A DNA stretch of 60,897 nt, the filler included, from Gonapodya sp. JEL0774 (Eukaryota), in the NCBI GenBank assembly GCA_027604505.1. It is 7 parts of 7 records of this genome, joined end to end, with 100 filler letters (N's around TTAATTAATTAA, not from the genome) between each part and the next. Parts side by side here need not be neighbours in the genome. Positions count along the whole stretch, not along the records: positions 34,947 to 43,540 come from JADIIX010000446.1; positions 43,641 to 52,221 come from JADIIX010000447.1; 5 more parts are not named here. The stretch is one strand, 5' to 3'. The notes under the pieces were generated by a model. It was not told the origin of the DNA. It worked only from the letters and a program-made list of their open reading frames with translations, and did no database searches. How positions within the stretch are numbered: position 1 is the first letter of the stretch; each line of letters starts with the position of its first letter. This document shows, piece after piece, positions 35,497 to 48,871 of the stretch. The translations under genes were made by a program, and so were the position numbers.

Positions 35497-36947
35497 ATGG
35501 GCAACTTCACGAGCTCGGCATCTGCTCCCAAGGGATCTGCTGTGGTTGTGACTGTGAGGGTCGTCACAAAATGCGTACAAATCGTATCTTGACCGATGAC
35601 CCTACCGGTAACCGCCTCAACTTTGGTACCAAACGATGTCATCGCGATTCGTAGGGATGTGACTCTGGTTTTGGACATCTCACTGCCTTGGACCTTGCTC
35701 GGGACGGGTTCCGCGTCTACGCAGGGTGCCTGACCGATAACGGCATCGAGACACTCAACACAACGGCTGTGCAACGAGGAATCGACGAAAAGAACCTGGT
35801 AGCGTTTCGTCTCGATGTCACGAAGGATGAAGATGCCAAACGATGCTGGAGTCTGGTCTCCAAAGAGGAGGGTGGGCTCTACGCACTGGTCAACAATGTG
35901 AGTGCGTTTCACATCGACTTTGATGCAGTCAAAAGCGCGGTCAATCATGACCTGCATTTTTTTCTAGGCTGGAATCGCAGATGGCGGTCTCCTTGAGACT
36001 TCATCCATGGAAGTGTTCGAGAGAGTGTTTCAAGTGAACACGTTCGGCGCCGTTCGGTTAGTTTGGACGTCACAAACGGAAGATTTCTTCCACGCAAAGG
36101 AAGGGATGCGAAATTTGCAATGACCAAAGTTCTGTTGGTTATAGAATGACTCGCTGGCTGCTCCCTTCGCTAAGGCTGTACAGCAAGAAGAACCCTAGTC
36201 TCCCCCCGTCTCGGATTGTCATGATCACTTCTGCCGCCGGACGTGTGGCAGGCCCGGGAATGAGCGTATATGGTGGGTCGTATGCATCCACAGTCTGATA
36301 TATTGGATTCCACATATTTGAGAAATTGTATATTAACGATCCTCCCCAATGCACCCCGTCACAGAAAGTTTGCACTCGAGGCCATCTCCGATTCTCTCAG
36401 ACGTGAGATGAAGCTCAATGGCCACCGCGTCGATGTGGCAGTAGTGGAGCCGTTTTTCGCCCAAACACCCATCCTTTCGTTCTTTGATTGGTCCGTGGAA
36501 AAACAAGTTCGAGTTTTCAAAGAAGGCATCATTCCCGAGCTGAGGGAACAGGTGATCGAAGACTTTGGCGGTGAGGAATTCGTACGATGGAGTATTGAGC
36601 AGGAGAGCACCTTCCGACCACCGAGTGAGTTTCATGAGGTCTTGCCCAGCGACATCGTGACACCACCCACATCCACTGTCACACATATAGTGATGAATCC
36701 CCAGAAGGTTGTTGATGTTATCACTGGTCAGGTGAAAGCAGTTGCAACAACTGACCGTTCCGTTGTGGGTTCGCTGATGGAGAAGACAGTCTTATGGACG
36801 GTTGAGAACATTTCCGAACGATGGATCAACTTGGCGCTGGATCTAGGAGCTCAGCAAAAACAGAAGCAGTGGCAGTTGGAACTGTCATCGCGGGAGAGGA
36901 CAGGGTGTCTTGCTTCAAGCACTCTGCAGGCTGCAGTTCCCGAGTGA
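35497..36947 (+). CDS. Short-chain dehydrogenase/reductase (retinol/hydroxysteroid dehydrogenase-like), multi-exon
   Basis: VVVT|GCDSGFG, LDVT, LVNN|AG, VNTFG, ITSAAG, Y...K-FALEAISDSLRRE and VEP motifs. Confidence 0.9.
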
Positions 36948-37243
36948 TAGACTGAAGTTCAGAGTCATCGAGGTTATGATCAGATACTGCAAGTGAATTA
37001 CAAACGCTGATCGGGATTTGAAGAAGGCGAAAGGAACTTATTTGTGTTACATTATCTTATTGTAAAAATGTTGTCACGTGTGGATGTCAGTGGTCTGAGT
37101 CATCGTCTTCACAAATTCTGCCTCGATGCGAGGATCTCACTCCAAGACCATCACGGATATGAAGACGCAGCAAGTAAGTCGCAAGTTTTTGACGGTCCCG
37201 CATCCGACCTGGGTGGCGGTAACTCCTGTTCCTTCGCTCGAAA

Positions 37244-40200
37244 GTGAGAGCAGCCTCTTCAACACTCACCAGAGCAACCTCTGACTGCGGGGTTGCCATC
37301 TCTCTGCAGCCATCTCTATCCGCCCTCTTGCTTTTTGACGTCTCTTCTAATCGTGATGGATCTTCAGTGGACGTTGGCGGGTGTGTCAAAAGTTCTGCTC
37401 GGGAGCGTGCACGCTTCGGTGGCTCGCGATCGGATTGGTTGCATCGCCAATCTTCAGCCGGCGTTCCAAAGCTACAGTCAATGACATTGCCGCGGGGACA
37501 GTCTGTGCGACTGCTCGAGAGTGTAGCATCGATTCACGGCAGTGGTTTAGATTTTCTTCACCCCCCATCAACACACCCCTCATTCATGCTGCATTCTCCC
37601 ACCCACCATCCGAAACTGTCATTGAGCATTAACCCGTCAGCTGGATCGAGTCCTCGTTCACGGGCTTCGCGGTCGACGAACTCTTCTATCACTTCTGCGC
37701 ATTCCGTCGAAACCGAACGACGTGCCTTCGTTACTTCTAATGGAGCGTTCTCAGGTACCGATTCGATCAAGCAACTTGAACTATTGATTCTGCAGGCTGG
37801 GAATTTGATTCGTGCGGAGTCCACTGAAGGTGTCTTTCGTGATTCCACAACTGAAAGTGAAGATGACTCGCTCCCCATCATCCTCTCGGACCTTATTGCT
37901 ACATATAACGCTATTAGGTCCTTGCAACTCCATACGCTCTCTGGCCGCCATTTAATATCTATACTGTCTCTGTTGGTACCGGACAGTTCCCCATCGATGG
38001 ATATATACAGCCGTTCAAATTCCGTACCGACCCTCCCATTCCTCTCGATCACGTCCCCATCACCAGGCCTCATGCTTAAATTTCTTCAAACTCTCTTATC
38101 GGATATGCAGAAGGCTTCTCTCCTGCCATCAATCAGCCAACTGTCAGCCATTGAAAGTATGGCCACCACCCTTCATGCAGTGGCCACCTTGGAATGGGTC
38201 GGCAAGCTCAAGTACGAGATGATGGTTGATCGATTCGACGACAGTGTGGCCAGAGAATATCTGCTACACCATCTTCTCGCTCTCCTCGACATTTTCACCG
38301 TCTCCCAGAATGTACCTAGTGGCCTTCGCGTGTTTGAGCAAATTAAAACCACCTTGGGCCCAATCACATCTTCCAACTATCAACGCCGAAACGAAATGGA
38401 AGCCATTTTGATCCCTTCCTTCGCCAAAATGATGGGAATGTATCGGGCCACACACGACGACAAGGCTGGATGGAGAGTATGGAAACGTCTGGTGCAGATA
38501 GTAGAAAATTGGAATACGGGACTAGCGGATGGTGAGTAGTGGGGTCTTAGCTAAGCATAAGGCTGATACTCATTGACCGAGTCGTGCCACTGCTTCTACA
38601 TGTCTCCAGAATCAGATCATCTGACGATTCCGAGCTCTGTATTCTCCACTGCACTCCTTATCGCATCTCGCATACCATCTGCGGAATGTGTGCGGCAAGT
38701 CCACGGTCAGTTCCTTGACAGCCACTCCCCCAGCATTCCCCACCAAATAGTGTCGATTCTCATCACTGCGTATTCAAGAGTGGGCGAACCGTCCGCCATT
38801 CTGGACATTCTATCTTCTACTGAAACTCGACCTAGTGCAAAACATCTGACAGCTTTAGTCACTGCCTATCAACGCTCCGGTGATGTGACCACAGCTAAGC
38901 GTGTCTGGACGGAGCATTTACGTGTCCACCCCGATGCAGACACCTATGCAGCCGTCATCGTGGCAGCAGGCTTTGCGAGACTCGGGAAGAGGAAAGAGGT
39001 GCGAGATGTTGAGGAATGGGTAAGGTCGAGGAGGGAGTTTGTCCCGAGCGGAAAGCCGCGCTTATTACCCACAGAGGTGGTGACAAGTTCGGCGATCCGT
39101 ACACTACGATCCAGTTCCAAGAACGGCAGAAAGGCAGCGCGACAATCTTTGGAGTCGCTCACAGCGACCCTTCTGAATATGATGGACAATAGTGAGCTTC
39201 GAGTGGACGAGTTCTTGTGTGGCGAAATTGCATTGGCCTGGTTTTCTCAGGAGGATGCAGAGGGCTTGTGGAACTGGTTGACGGCGGTGGAAAAGGCATC
39301 GGAAAGGCATGAGCGGTGGAAGGAGGAACAGAGGGCCAGAAAACTCTCGAGGAACAGTAATGCTGATGGTGCATCCCATCGGCACCATCCCAGCTCCGAC
39401 GCTCAGGATACCACGACCTCTCAACCAGTGCCTCCGGCGACTGCAGCCCCTTCTTTTTTTGCCTACGACCTCCTGTTACGCCTCTGCATCCGCACCCACT
39501 CTCTCTCTCTGTTCGACAATGTCGTCCGCCATATGAAGTCACGTCGTCCGAGCCCAGTACCAATGTATCGACCCACGATCGACGCTCTGATATCCTTCCA
39601 CTGGCGCGCACGTGACGTGAGTTCTATGCGCCATGTGTACGAAACAGCGGTAAGAAGTGATAGGTGGCAGAGTGTTCCCGGCTATCGGTCTGCTAGAAAA
39701 ATGGTGGATAGTGCGGCTGTGGAGGCGTGGAGGGAAGGTGGTGCGTGGGGATATGAAAGGATGGGCAGTTGGTGGAGAGAAGTTCATCGAGAGGGAAATG
39801 TTGGGGACGTGGAGGGATTCGAAGCATTGGTTGAAGGGGTGAGCGCTGTTCTGATGGGAAGAGGCGACGAGTTGGAGAACACACAAAGCAAATTCGAGAC
39901 TTCCAGGAATTCGAAAGAGGTTGTTGACGAATTGTTGGACATGATGGAGGATCCCAAAGTCTACGATAAGGGTGACCACGAAGACGTAGCAGTGAATGAT
40001 GCTCGGTCAGGAGTATCTACTCGTGCGACCACAACCAGCGTATTTCGAAAAGACAGCGCTGAAGTACAAGATCACACCACCTTGGCTCGTCCCATGACGG
40101 TCCTCGAGACGACTTACTTCAGTTTGTTGAGCCTCTTCCCCCCAAAGGTCACAGATTCTCTACCAGTCGTGGTCACTGCTCTGAGGGATCTTTTGAAGGA

Positions 40201-41092
40201 GCTGGGGGACTCGTCTGAGACTTCGGAGCTGCTTTTCTTGGCAAATGCAAACAGCCATCTTACTCGCATAATAACGTGGATTGAAACGGGACCAAAGGTT
40301 GGGGATCTAAGTCAGATTCGCGCCGAAGCGTGGAAGCGAGATTTAGTCGTTCGCACCGTAATTCCCGCAATCTTAGACATGCTATCCACACGTAGACGGG
40401 GAGATTTGCTGGGACGGGCTATGGGCATTTTGATGCGTGAAGGAGCGGGTGTGGTTTTGGGGTGGGATGTTGCCGACTTTTACAAGGACGATCTGGGGGA
40501 ATGGCGGAAAGCAATCAGAAGGCGCATTTCGGATGACTTACGAGAGACAGCGATGGATCGGTGTTGGGAGGCGTACGTTCGAGGTCTAGTGTGGTGTGGT
40601 GATTTGGGGGCAGTACGCAAATTGCTGTCATCTGATCTTTCGAAACACTCGCTCATTCTCTTGTGGCACCTTCTCCTCCGCTTGCAACATCAACTTTTGC
40701 ACTTTCGCGTCAGCCGCAGAGCAGCAGTGGCAAACAGAGGCACTTACCTCGCTCCAAAGAGGTTCCAAGGCACCCGGGACAAACGAGAACGGGCACCCAA
40801 GAGTGTAGCTGCAACTTTGCGCAGACAAGGATCAGGGCAGGTGTTGAATGTGCCGGGAGATGAGGGCGGTGGAAGTGCGGAAGCCGATGCGTACGATCCC
40901 TTGGCAGTCGCGTTTGTGGAACGCTCTGAGTGGAAAAATGGGACTGAACAGGCTCAGCTTTTGCAAAAGCTGTTTAGAGACCTCACGGTCATGCTGGGAG
41001 AGGGGACAACAGTTGTGGGTGTGCTGGCTGGGGGTAAAGTGTCAGCAGCTCGCGAAGAACCAACCAGTTGGTTCACACTTCAAGACGATTAG
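37244..41092 (+). CDS. Large pentatricopeptide-repeat-like helical protein (start uncertain, one apparent intron ~38532-38615)
   Basis: 431-aa and 839-aa ORFs with PPR-like units such as ILITAYSRVGEPSAILDIL and HLTALVTAYQRSGDVTTAKRVW. Confidence 0.65.
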
Positions 41093-41263
41093 AGCGCAAG
41101 TGGTCCATGTAAAAAGGTAATTTATTTTGCTCTCATGTACATAGGTTGTCACTAGTGAGCACAGTGTGGGTAAGCAAAAACACGCATGGGACCTGAAAGA
41201 AAGTCCGAGCAAGTAGTGATCGGGGAAACTTGCATTTCAGGAGTTCACCCAACACCTTCCGCG

Positions 41264-42965
41264 ATGTCTTCCTACTCTCTCCCCAAACTTGCGTCCACGT
41301 CTGTCACCATGACCACTGATCGCTCGTCTGGTACGGTACGAGTTGGTGAAGGGCGCGGGACGGAACCGGTAGACATATATTATGAGCTTCACGGTGTGGG
41401 AAAGAGTAAAATCGTGATAATACGTGAGTAGGCAAATATTTTTCCATTTGACAGCGTGCATTTGGCTCTATTGCCTGGCAATCAGTGAAGTTTCACGATG
41501 GGCAGTCGACTGAGCAACGATAACTTCACACACCTTCGGCACCCATAAGCTGGATTTAATGGCACTGTTCAAGCATTTGACTTACAGACAAAGTTTTTCG
41601 GAGAAATGCCGGAGTATCAGGTGTTGGTTATGGATAATCGCGGAGGTATGTTTGTAATTCTCGAGTGCGCGCGTCGCCGACAATACTTCACTAATTTGTA
41701 TCGCTTTACTCGTCAACGTACTTTGGTTCCTGGGTTCCTCCATCCTTCGATGAATTCAAATATTCGCGGATACCTGCGCTTTTTGTTTTCCTCGGAGCTC
41801 AGTTGGTTTCACATCGTGCCCGCCTGGACCATACTCCACCTCACAAATGGCGCTGGATGTGTGGGAGCTAATGCAAGCGCTTGGACCTGAGTGGCTTCAG
41901 GGCGTCCATGGAGTGGGAAGCTGCATGGGGGGTGAGGTACGCCTCATGGAAGACCATTACCCGAGTTGAATGTTGTTCATCATTGACGGTGTCACCATCG
42001 ACGGCAAAGATTCTTCAAGAACTCGCACTCGTTGCACCCGCCAATACGTTCTTGTCTCTATCTTTTATCGGGAGCTCGGCTGGCCACTGGCCAACGTTAA
42101 GTCAGTTTATGGGCTTGTACAGGATGCTATCGGAGAAGGACGCCGAGTAAGTATGCGGTCGCTCTCTCCAGCGAACTTTCACGCCGCGCTTGAGCATGAG
42201 GTAACTCGACGAGATCTCACAAGCTGTGGCACCGGTCCGTCTATCCTCCCAATGCAACCCCACGAAGACGTCGCATCCACGCCCACATTAGTTCTCTTTC
42301 CTCTGCTGAGTGGCTCGCACTACCACCGACTTGCACATACGCTATCAAGGCAATGAAAGAGGATGGGAAAGATTTCAAAACGAACAGGGACTGGGTATTT
42401 GATGTGAGTTGATTAAGTCGAACAAGAATGCTTTGAGCACTCCGTTCCGTTCTTGATTCCGAGCCGCCACTGACACTCACTGACAACTCATCTGACTTTT
42501 TTTTCCTGTTCGCTAATAAATGGCTGCACTCTCACGCACCCCAGCTCACCCTCCAACGCCGTGCCCGATCGCCGGCTGGTGATCCCAAAGGGCTTTTATC
42601 CCAACTGCGAGCGTACCTCACCCACTCTGTGAATCGCGAGCGACTGCACCGAATACGTGACATGGGTATCAAAACACTGGTGGTGGCCGGAGAGAAGGAT
42701 GAGGTGGTTGCGGTGCGGCATGGGGTAAGTGATCAACGGACGAATGCATCGATCCGCGACACGAGCACTCGTGCTGATAAGTCTTGGTAATCATCATTCA
42801 CTCGCGCTCTACCACATTCAGGAATACCTCGCTGCTGAGCTAGGAGCTACTTTTCTCAAATTCGACGGATGCGGTCATTTGCCAATCCTCGAGCGATGCG
42901 ATGAAACCAACGAAGCATTGAAAAGGCATTTCGAGAGCATCTCTGAGATCAATGCTCAGGGATGA
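41264..42965 (+). CDS. Alpha/beta-fold hydrolase, multi-exon, with Cys at the nucleophile elbow
   Basis: IYYELHG, VLVMDNRG|VG, YSTSQMALD, VHGVGSCMGG, AGEKDEVV and GCGHLP. Confidence 0.88.
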
Positions 42966-43214
42966 CCGGCAATAAGCGCGTTAAGTGTGAGAAAGCTATG
43001 ATCCAATCAAAGTTTACAACTCGGGTATGTAAGGGCAGTGTGTATGGAGTCGGTTGGGGAAAACGCGAAATGCGCGAACAATGTTATTGTAACTCAGTGT
43101 TCGCGTTGATAACGCTATAATGCTACTTTGATAATGTTAATCCACGCTTGTATGCCTTATACTCAGTGTCCGAGCCCTTCTGTCACACTGTCCCAATCGA
43201 GGGGTGTTCGAAAC

Positions 43215-43540
43215 TCAAGCGACTCTTAGTGTCCTTTTCAACGCCGCCAGCATACTCGCCTCAAAATCCTTCGCCACTTGCTCCCCCTCCGCTATCCCAT
43301 CGAACCCGTGGAAAGCCCCCGGCACTTGCACCAGCTCCACCTGGACGCCGGCCTCCTCGAGTCTCTTTGCGTAGAGCACGTCCTCCCCGTAGAACAGATC
43401 CTGCACTCCAACGCCGATCCAAGCTGGCGCAAGTCCTCTCAGATCCTCACGACGTCCCGGAACGACGTACGGCGGGGCGAGGTCGGGCGCTTTGACGTGG
43501 TCGCCCAGGTACGAGGTCCACCCGTAGACGTTGTCCTCCC
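43215..43540 (-). CDS. 3' end of an HSL-family esterase/lipase (abhydrolase_3), 5' truncated
   Basis: PGRREDLRGLAPAWIGVGVQDLFYGEDVLYAKRLEEAGVQVELVQVPGAFHGFD. Confidence 0.85.
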
Positions 43541-43640
43541 NNNNNNNNNNNNNNNNNNNNNNNNNNNNNNNNNNNNNNNNNNNNTTAATTAATTAANNNN
43601 NNNNNNNNNNNNNNNNNNNNNNNNNNNNNNNNNNNNNNNN
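43541..43640. other. Artificial contig spacer
   Basis: 44N-TTAATTAATTAA-44N. Confidence 0.99.
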
Positions 43641-43912
43641 CAGCCAGACGAGATCCAATCCATTTGTACTAAAACATGAGGGATCAAAAGCCAAAGGTCA
43701 GTTCACATATGGTTTGACACCCACTGTCCGGAAACATTCGCGCCCACGCTCGCAATTGCGCGGATTGCAAGGGGTATTGTGGGTCATGGTGCGTAAATCG
43801 AGGTGGTCGAGGGTGGATAAGAGAACGGAAATGTGAAGATCTTGCGTGAAGATTGCGTACAAAGCTGGCCGCCGGAACTGTTGTGCCATAAGAAGTATAA
43901 GGCGCTTGCGTT

Positions 43913-45120
43913 CTACTCCTTGACACGTTCTGTCCTCCACCGCACCCTCACCCCGCTCGCCAAGCATATTGGCTCTACAACCCGGGAAAACCCCATCCCC
44001 TTTTCAGGCCACGCATGGTCCAAGTCATGTTCGATCAGGGAAGACCACGCAGTCCCCACAAGAGAGACGTTTTTGGTACCACTGTCCACGAACACTTTCG
44101 CCCATGCCTGCGCAAAGTGCAGGGAAAACTGTGCGGCGCGGCACTCGAGTTGTTCGAGGTTGGGGAGGAGGGCGGAGACGCAGAATGACATTTGTGATGA
44201 GTGCATCCAACGTCGTGCGCGCATGTGGAGGGATCGAAGTCGAGTATCAGAATTTGAGTCGAAACCAGATGGGTGATGAGCCGGGGAATGTCGGATCTGG
44301 CGGTCGGCCCATCGATACCAACGGGATTTGGAAGAGAATTCGGTTTCGAACAACCTTGCGGGCAGGCGGAGTCGCTCTATGCTTTCTGCGAGCTGCTCTA
44401 GGACGTGTTCTGGTGCCGCGGCACATCCACGAACACTATGAAAGTTCAGAGTCACACAAAGCGCGTAATCCATCAGCCAGACACATGAGCAGGGATCCAC
44501 CATCCGTTCCACCGTATTCAAGGGTGTCTCTCTGGCAGGTGGGAGAAAGCAGAATGTAACAGAACCCAAAGCCCCCAAAGTGCCGCCCTGACTGAGGGCG
44601 GTCAGTCCGTCGGCGGACCTCAGGTCCTCCCTACTGCCAGACAGATCAACTCGGAATATCCACAGACCAGCCATGAGGTTGGGTCATGAGGTTGGGTCCT
44701 GGCGCTTGGAGCACCAAAACACACACCAGGTGATCCACGATGACGGTAGAGCGAGTCCCGGATATCCCGGTGGAGGGAAGCGGCGACCATTCGTGCTCCC
44801 ACTGCGTCCAAAGTTAGCTGGAGGGCACGTATTTCACGAATACCGAACCGAATACCGATGGCGTGGAAGCCCGGATGCTTACCATTGGCCTGCTCGACCA
44901 GAACAGAGTCCAGAAGACGGAGAGCAGACGGTTCTCCCTCAAAGATGCCAAACCACGAAGTACGTTCCCACCGGGCGGTTGGTTGACTCTCTCGAACGAA
45001 TCGAGCCAACGAGAAGTAATGTGACAGGTCGCGTGGACGAAGGGAATGATGTGTATGTCTACGACAAGAAAGGGCCGACCGTCCGGCGATGCGAGGGCAA
45101 AGATTGCTTCTCGCAGGCAA
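43913..45120 (-). CDS. Hypothetical protein (two adjacent ORFs, probably spliced; weak LRR-like segments)
   Basis: 166-aa and 253-aa minus ORFs with RLRSLHM and LPNLEQLEC segments. Boundaries uncertain. Confidence 0.35.
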
Positions 45121-46145
45121 AGTAAAGCTGACGCAACAGAGAGAAAGGCATCCCGCGGTGGCGTGAAGAGAAGGATTGTGGCAGGAAGTGTATCGTCGGA
45201 GAGGATGTCTAGCGGCCTGTGAGGAGGGACAGATGATTAATTTTGGATATCTTCATACTCAGAAGTCTCTCGACCGTCGTTTGCATTTCTGTTAGAACCG
45301 CTGGAGCCAGGCGCCAGAGCCGGTGTCGCCATTGTGGTGAGGGGTAAGAAGTCCCTCCAGAACAAGAAGTTGTGGGAGAAATTTGCCAGCATCAAGAAAC
45401 GTGAGGGCTTGAAGAAGGACAGGCAAAGAGGGACTGTCACATGTTTGGACCAGCTTCCAACTTCCATTTCTTTGCCGACGGCCTCTCCTTCTTCTGCTTT
45501 TGATATCCAGGCAGATGGCAGGGTACATAACTGTGTTCGACACTGAGTCTGACGATCAGGAAACATGGTGGGGGTGATGCGGAGGTTGGATGTTGACGTG
45601 ATGAGGAAACATGGCGTGGGCGATGGGGAGTTTGGGGAGTTTGTGAGTTGATGCGGGCCAATTTTCTGTGGGAAACATGTGATATGAGGGTTACGTAAAC
45701 AGTATGTACAGTGAGGAAACTCGAATGTGTTTGGAGGCTGTACACATAAATCAGAGGAGATGGCTGCCTCCTGGACCTGTCTCCCCCCCGCCTGTCCAGG
45801 TCCCAGGTCCCTTGAGAGGAATGAATCTTGTCTGTCATAGGTGTTGTATAGTTTTTGGTTCAAAATTTTCACATCCACGCCCACCGGGAATCAGAATGTG
45901 GATACGATTTATTCGTTCAGAATCTCTGCCATGGAGGATTACAATTGGTTTTCAAGGTTCAGGCACTGCACTCAGCACAAGGCACACTCATCTCGCACAA
46001 CACCGCAGGTAACCCGCTAACAAACGAGTCATTGAAGTCATCAATCTTTTGACGGTAAGAGCGCTGAGAACTGTCGGCCCCATGTTCACCAATTCGAATC
46101 ATCTCACTGGTCTTAACTGTGTCCAAACTCTCAGCTCTCAGCAAG

Positions 46146-48580
46146 ATGACGGGAACTGAACCGACTCACAAACCTGGAGCATCCGCTTCCGCAAACAAAC
46201 CGTCCGGACGGTCTGCTGCGCCCATACCAACAACAAGACTGGGTAAGATCGCTGCGACCATCCGAGATCTCTTTGGAGAAGGGAAAGTGCAAGACCTCGG
46301 CGAAGATTATGTCGCAAAGAGAAGACTTGGAAGCAAAGTCGCTTCTGCGTACTCAATTTACTCTCTTGTGGGTGAGCTTAACGTCCTCTCCATTGCCGGT
46401 GTCTCACTATCCTATCCCCGAAACACCAGCCTTTCTCCATGTACTTCATTGGATGCATCGTCAGTTGGACCGATGTGAGTCACTCGTGATCAGTGAAGCA
46501 TTCGAAACCTCATGTGTTCCTATTAATTCCCATCAATATTCGTATAAGGCACTCGCTTACGGCTGGGGATCTTTTCTCGTGAGACATGTCATAAAGTCTA
46601 TACACGTGAATGCTCCAACTTGAAAGCCGTCCATCCATATCTCAGATATCTTTCTTTATTGGTGCCATTGGGGTGTGGCTACAGGCCCTCGCGAATGCGG
46701 AGATGACAGCCGCGTTTCCATTCACGGGCGGTCAAACTGTGGGTGTTCGGGTACATGAGAGGTTTGAAACATGGCTATCAAGTTAACACCACGGTGTCTA
46801 CAGACTTGGGGAACCGCGGCGTTTGGCTCAGTTGGAGGTGTGGTGATGGGACAAATCGTGAGCGGTGAACACACTCTTTTCGATTGCGACACACACCTTC
46901 ACATGTACGACTTTTACGCTTGAAGGATATGGTGTTCTGGATTCTTAACTCGGCCGCTTGCATGGGAGGCTGTGGACGCTACGCTGCGCGGCTCTTTGGC
47001 TTTTCCACAGCAGCCGACTTCATGCCCGCTGTCTGGACTGTCTTCCTCGTGATCATCAATGTGATCTTGAGTTTCGACGTGAAGATTTCAATGCGCATCT
47101 TTATCGCCTTTGCGATCTGGGCGATGGCGTTTTACGTTGTGTGGTTCTTTTCAGTGAGTCGGGAGACTATACTTTTTCAAACATGCATCATTTCTCTTCA
47201 TACATTTTCTTCACAACTAAGGCCGTGCCATCTGCAAACTACACTGCGAACATTGCCAATGGTGGACTCTCAGCCTCAGAGCTCGTCATGGGCGACAATA
47301 AAGCGCTTGTGAACACCCTTTCGGGCATCTCGTTCGTGGGAGTTTTTCAAGTACTTCCTTACATCGTATGGATGTTTGGTGGTTACGAAGCAACCCCGCT
47401 TATGGCCGAGGAAGCTGTCGACATACGTACAGATATTGCAAAAGTCACATACTGGACTCTTGGATCGTCCTCCGTACTTGGATTGCTGTCGCTTGTGGTG
47501 TAGGTTCCGAGCGAGTTGAGCATTTCCAACTTGGATAATAGAGCCCTTTGTATTTCTCGGCTTCACCAAGTGCTCCAGTTGCAGCTCCAGGATTAGTAGC
47601 AATTTCTCAAACTCCACGTCCCAACGCGTTGAACATGCTAACAGCCTGGGGCTCCACTGGCCCAGATGCCAAGTTCAAAGTGCTTGCGTTCCTCATGATG
47701 CCGATAGAGATCAACGGTTTAATGGCCTCATTATTTGCGTGCAGTCGCTCGGTGAGTCTGACTATATATGTGGGAACATCGTGAATCTCTTCGGAGCGCC
47801 TGTTCTCCCCGTTTCAAGTTCTACGCAAATTCTCGAGCTGGCTACCTGCCCACGTTCATTTCACTCACTTCGAAATCGGGATCACCTTACGTCTCCATGA
47901 TAACCGTCAGCATCGTGACCCTTGTTGTTAACATCGGAATGAGCTACGCTGGCGACGATGATATTTCCAAGCAGCTCGCGGTGTTCTTGATTTTGATTTA
48001 TGAATGCATGGGGAACCTCTTCAAGCAGTTCATTTATTTGCGCTTGCACTACGCAATGCCCAGACTTCCGCGACCATTCAAGGTGAAGTGATGTGGCCCT
48101 TTGCTGTTCAACCCACGTGGATCACTTACATGACATCTTCTCCCTTCAGGCTCCGTTTACAGTGACTGGGGCAATTGCGGCAGCAGTGATTTTGATAATC
48201 ACGACAATCTCGATCATCGTTTATCAGAAGTACACGTGGCTCCTCATGATCATTCTCGGTAGCCACATGGGCTTTGCCTCCATTCTCTACGTGGTATACA
48301 TCAAAAACAAGCTTTTGATGACTCCAGAGAAGTTATTCATTAAGGAGCAATTGAATTACAGTGAGAATATTGCAGCTTCGACCTGGGAAAGCGTGCATTG
48401 AGAAAACTCTTCGACGTCCCAGTGTTTCACCATGCCACCGGCTCGAGTATTCAAGCCACTAGCACTGGCACTAAAGGCGCTGCAGTCATCTCGAAGGCTG
48501 TTTCAAACTCTGCTGGTAACGACTTGAACCCATCTGGAACCGCACCCAGGGTGATGAACTCTTCGTCAGCAAACGTCTGA
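46146..48580 (+). CDS. Amino-acid permease (APC superfamily, ethanolamine-permease-like), multi-exon
   Basis: DYVAKRRLG, ALAYGWGSF, AEMTAAFPFTGG, VWMFGGYEATPLMAEE, SRAGYLP and MPRLPRPFK, with many TM helices. Confidence 0.9.
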
Positions 48581-48871
48581 TCACCAAGTCTAAATGAAAA
48601 GAGAAGAACACTCAAAGATATGGAAATATCTTTAATGAACTTAACTTGACGTAAGAAATACAAGAAAATGAAAATTTTGGGTACTTTGATCTGTTCCCCT
48701 TGGATCTTGTATCTGCCGTGCTTGCCTTTCGCTCTTCGGCGCTTCTCCTTGTCCTGCTTTCTTCTTGTTCTATTTCGATATTTTGTCCTTACTTTTGTTT
48801 GCCTCTGTATCTGACTGTGGAGGGGCATATCAGATCCAATGACTGTAAACCATCATCATTGAATAAGCTAA

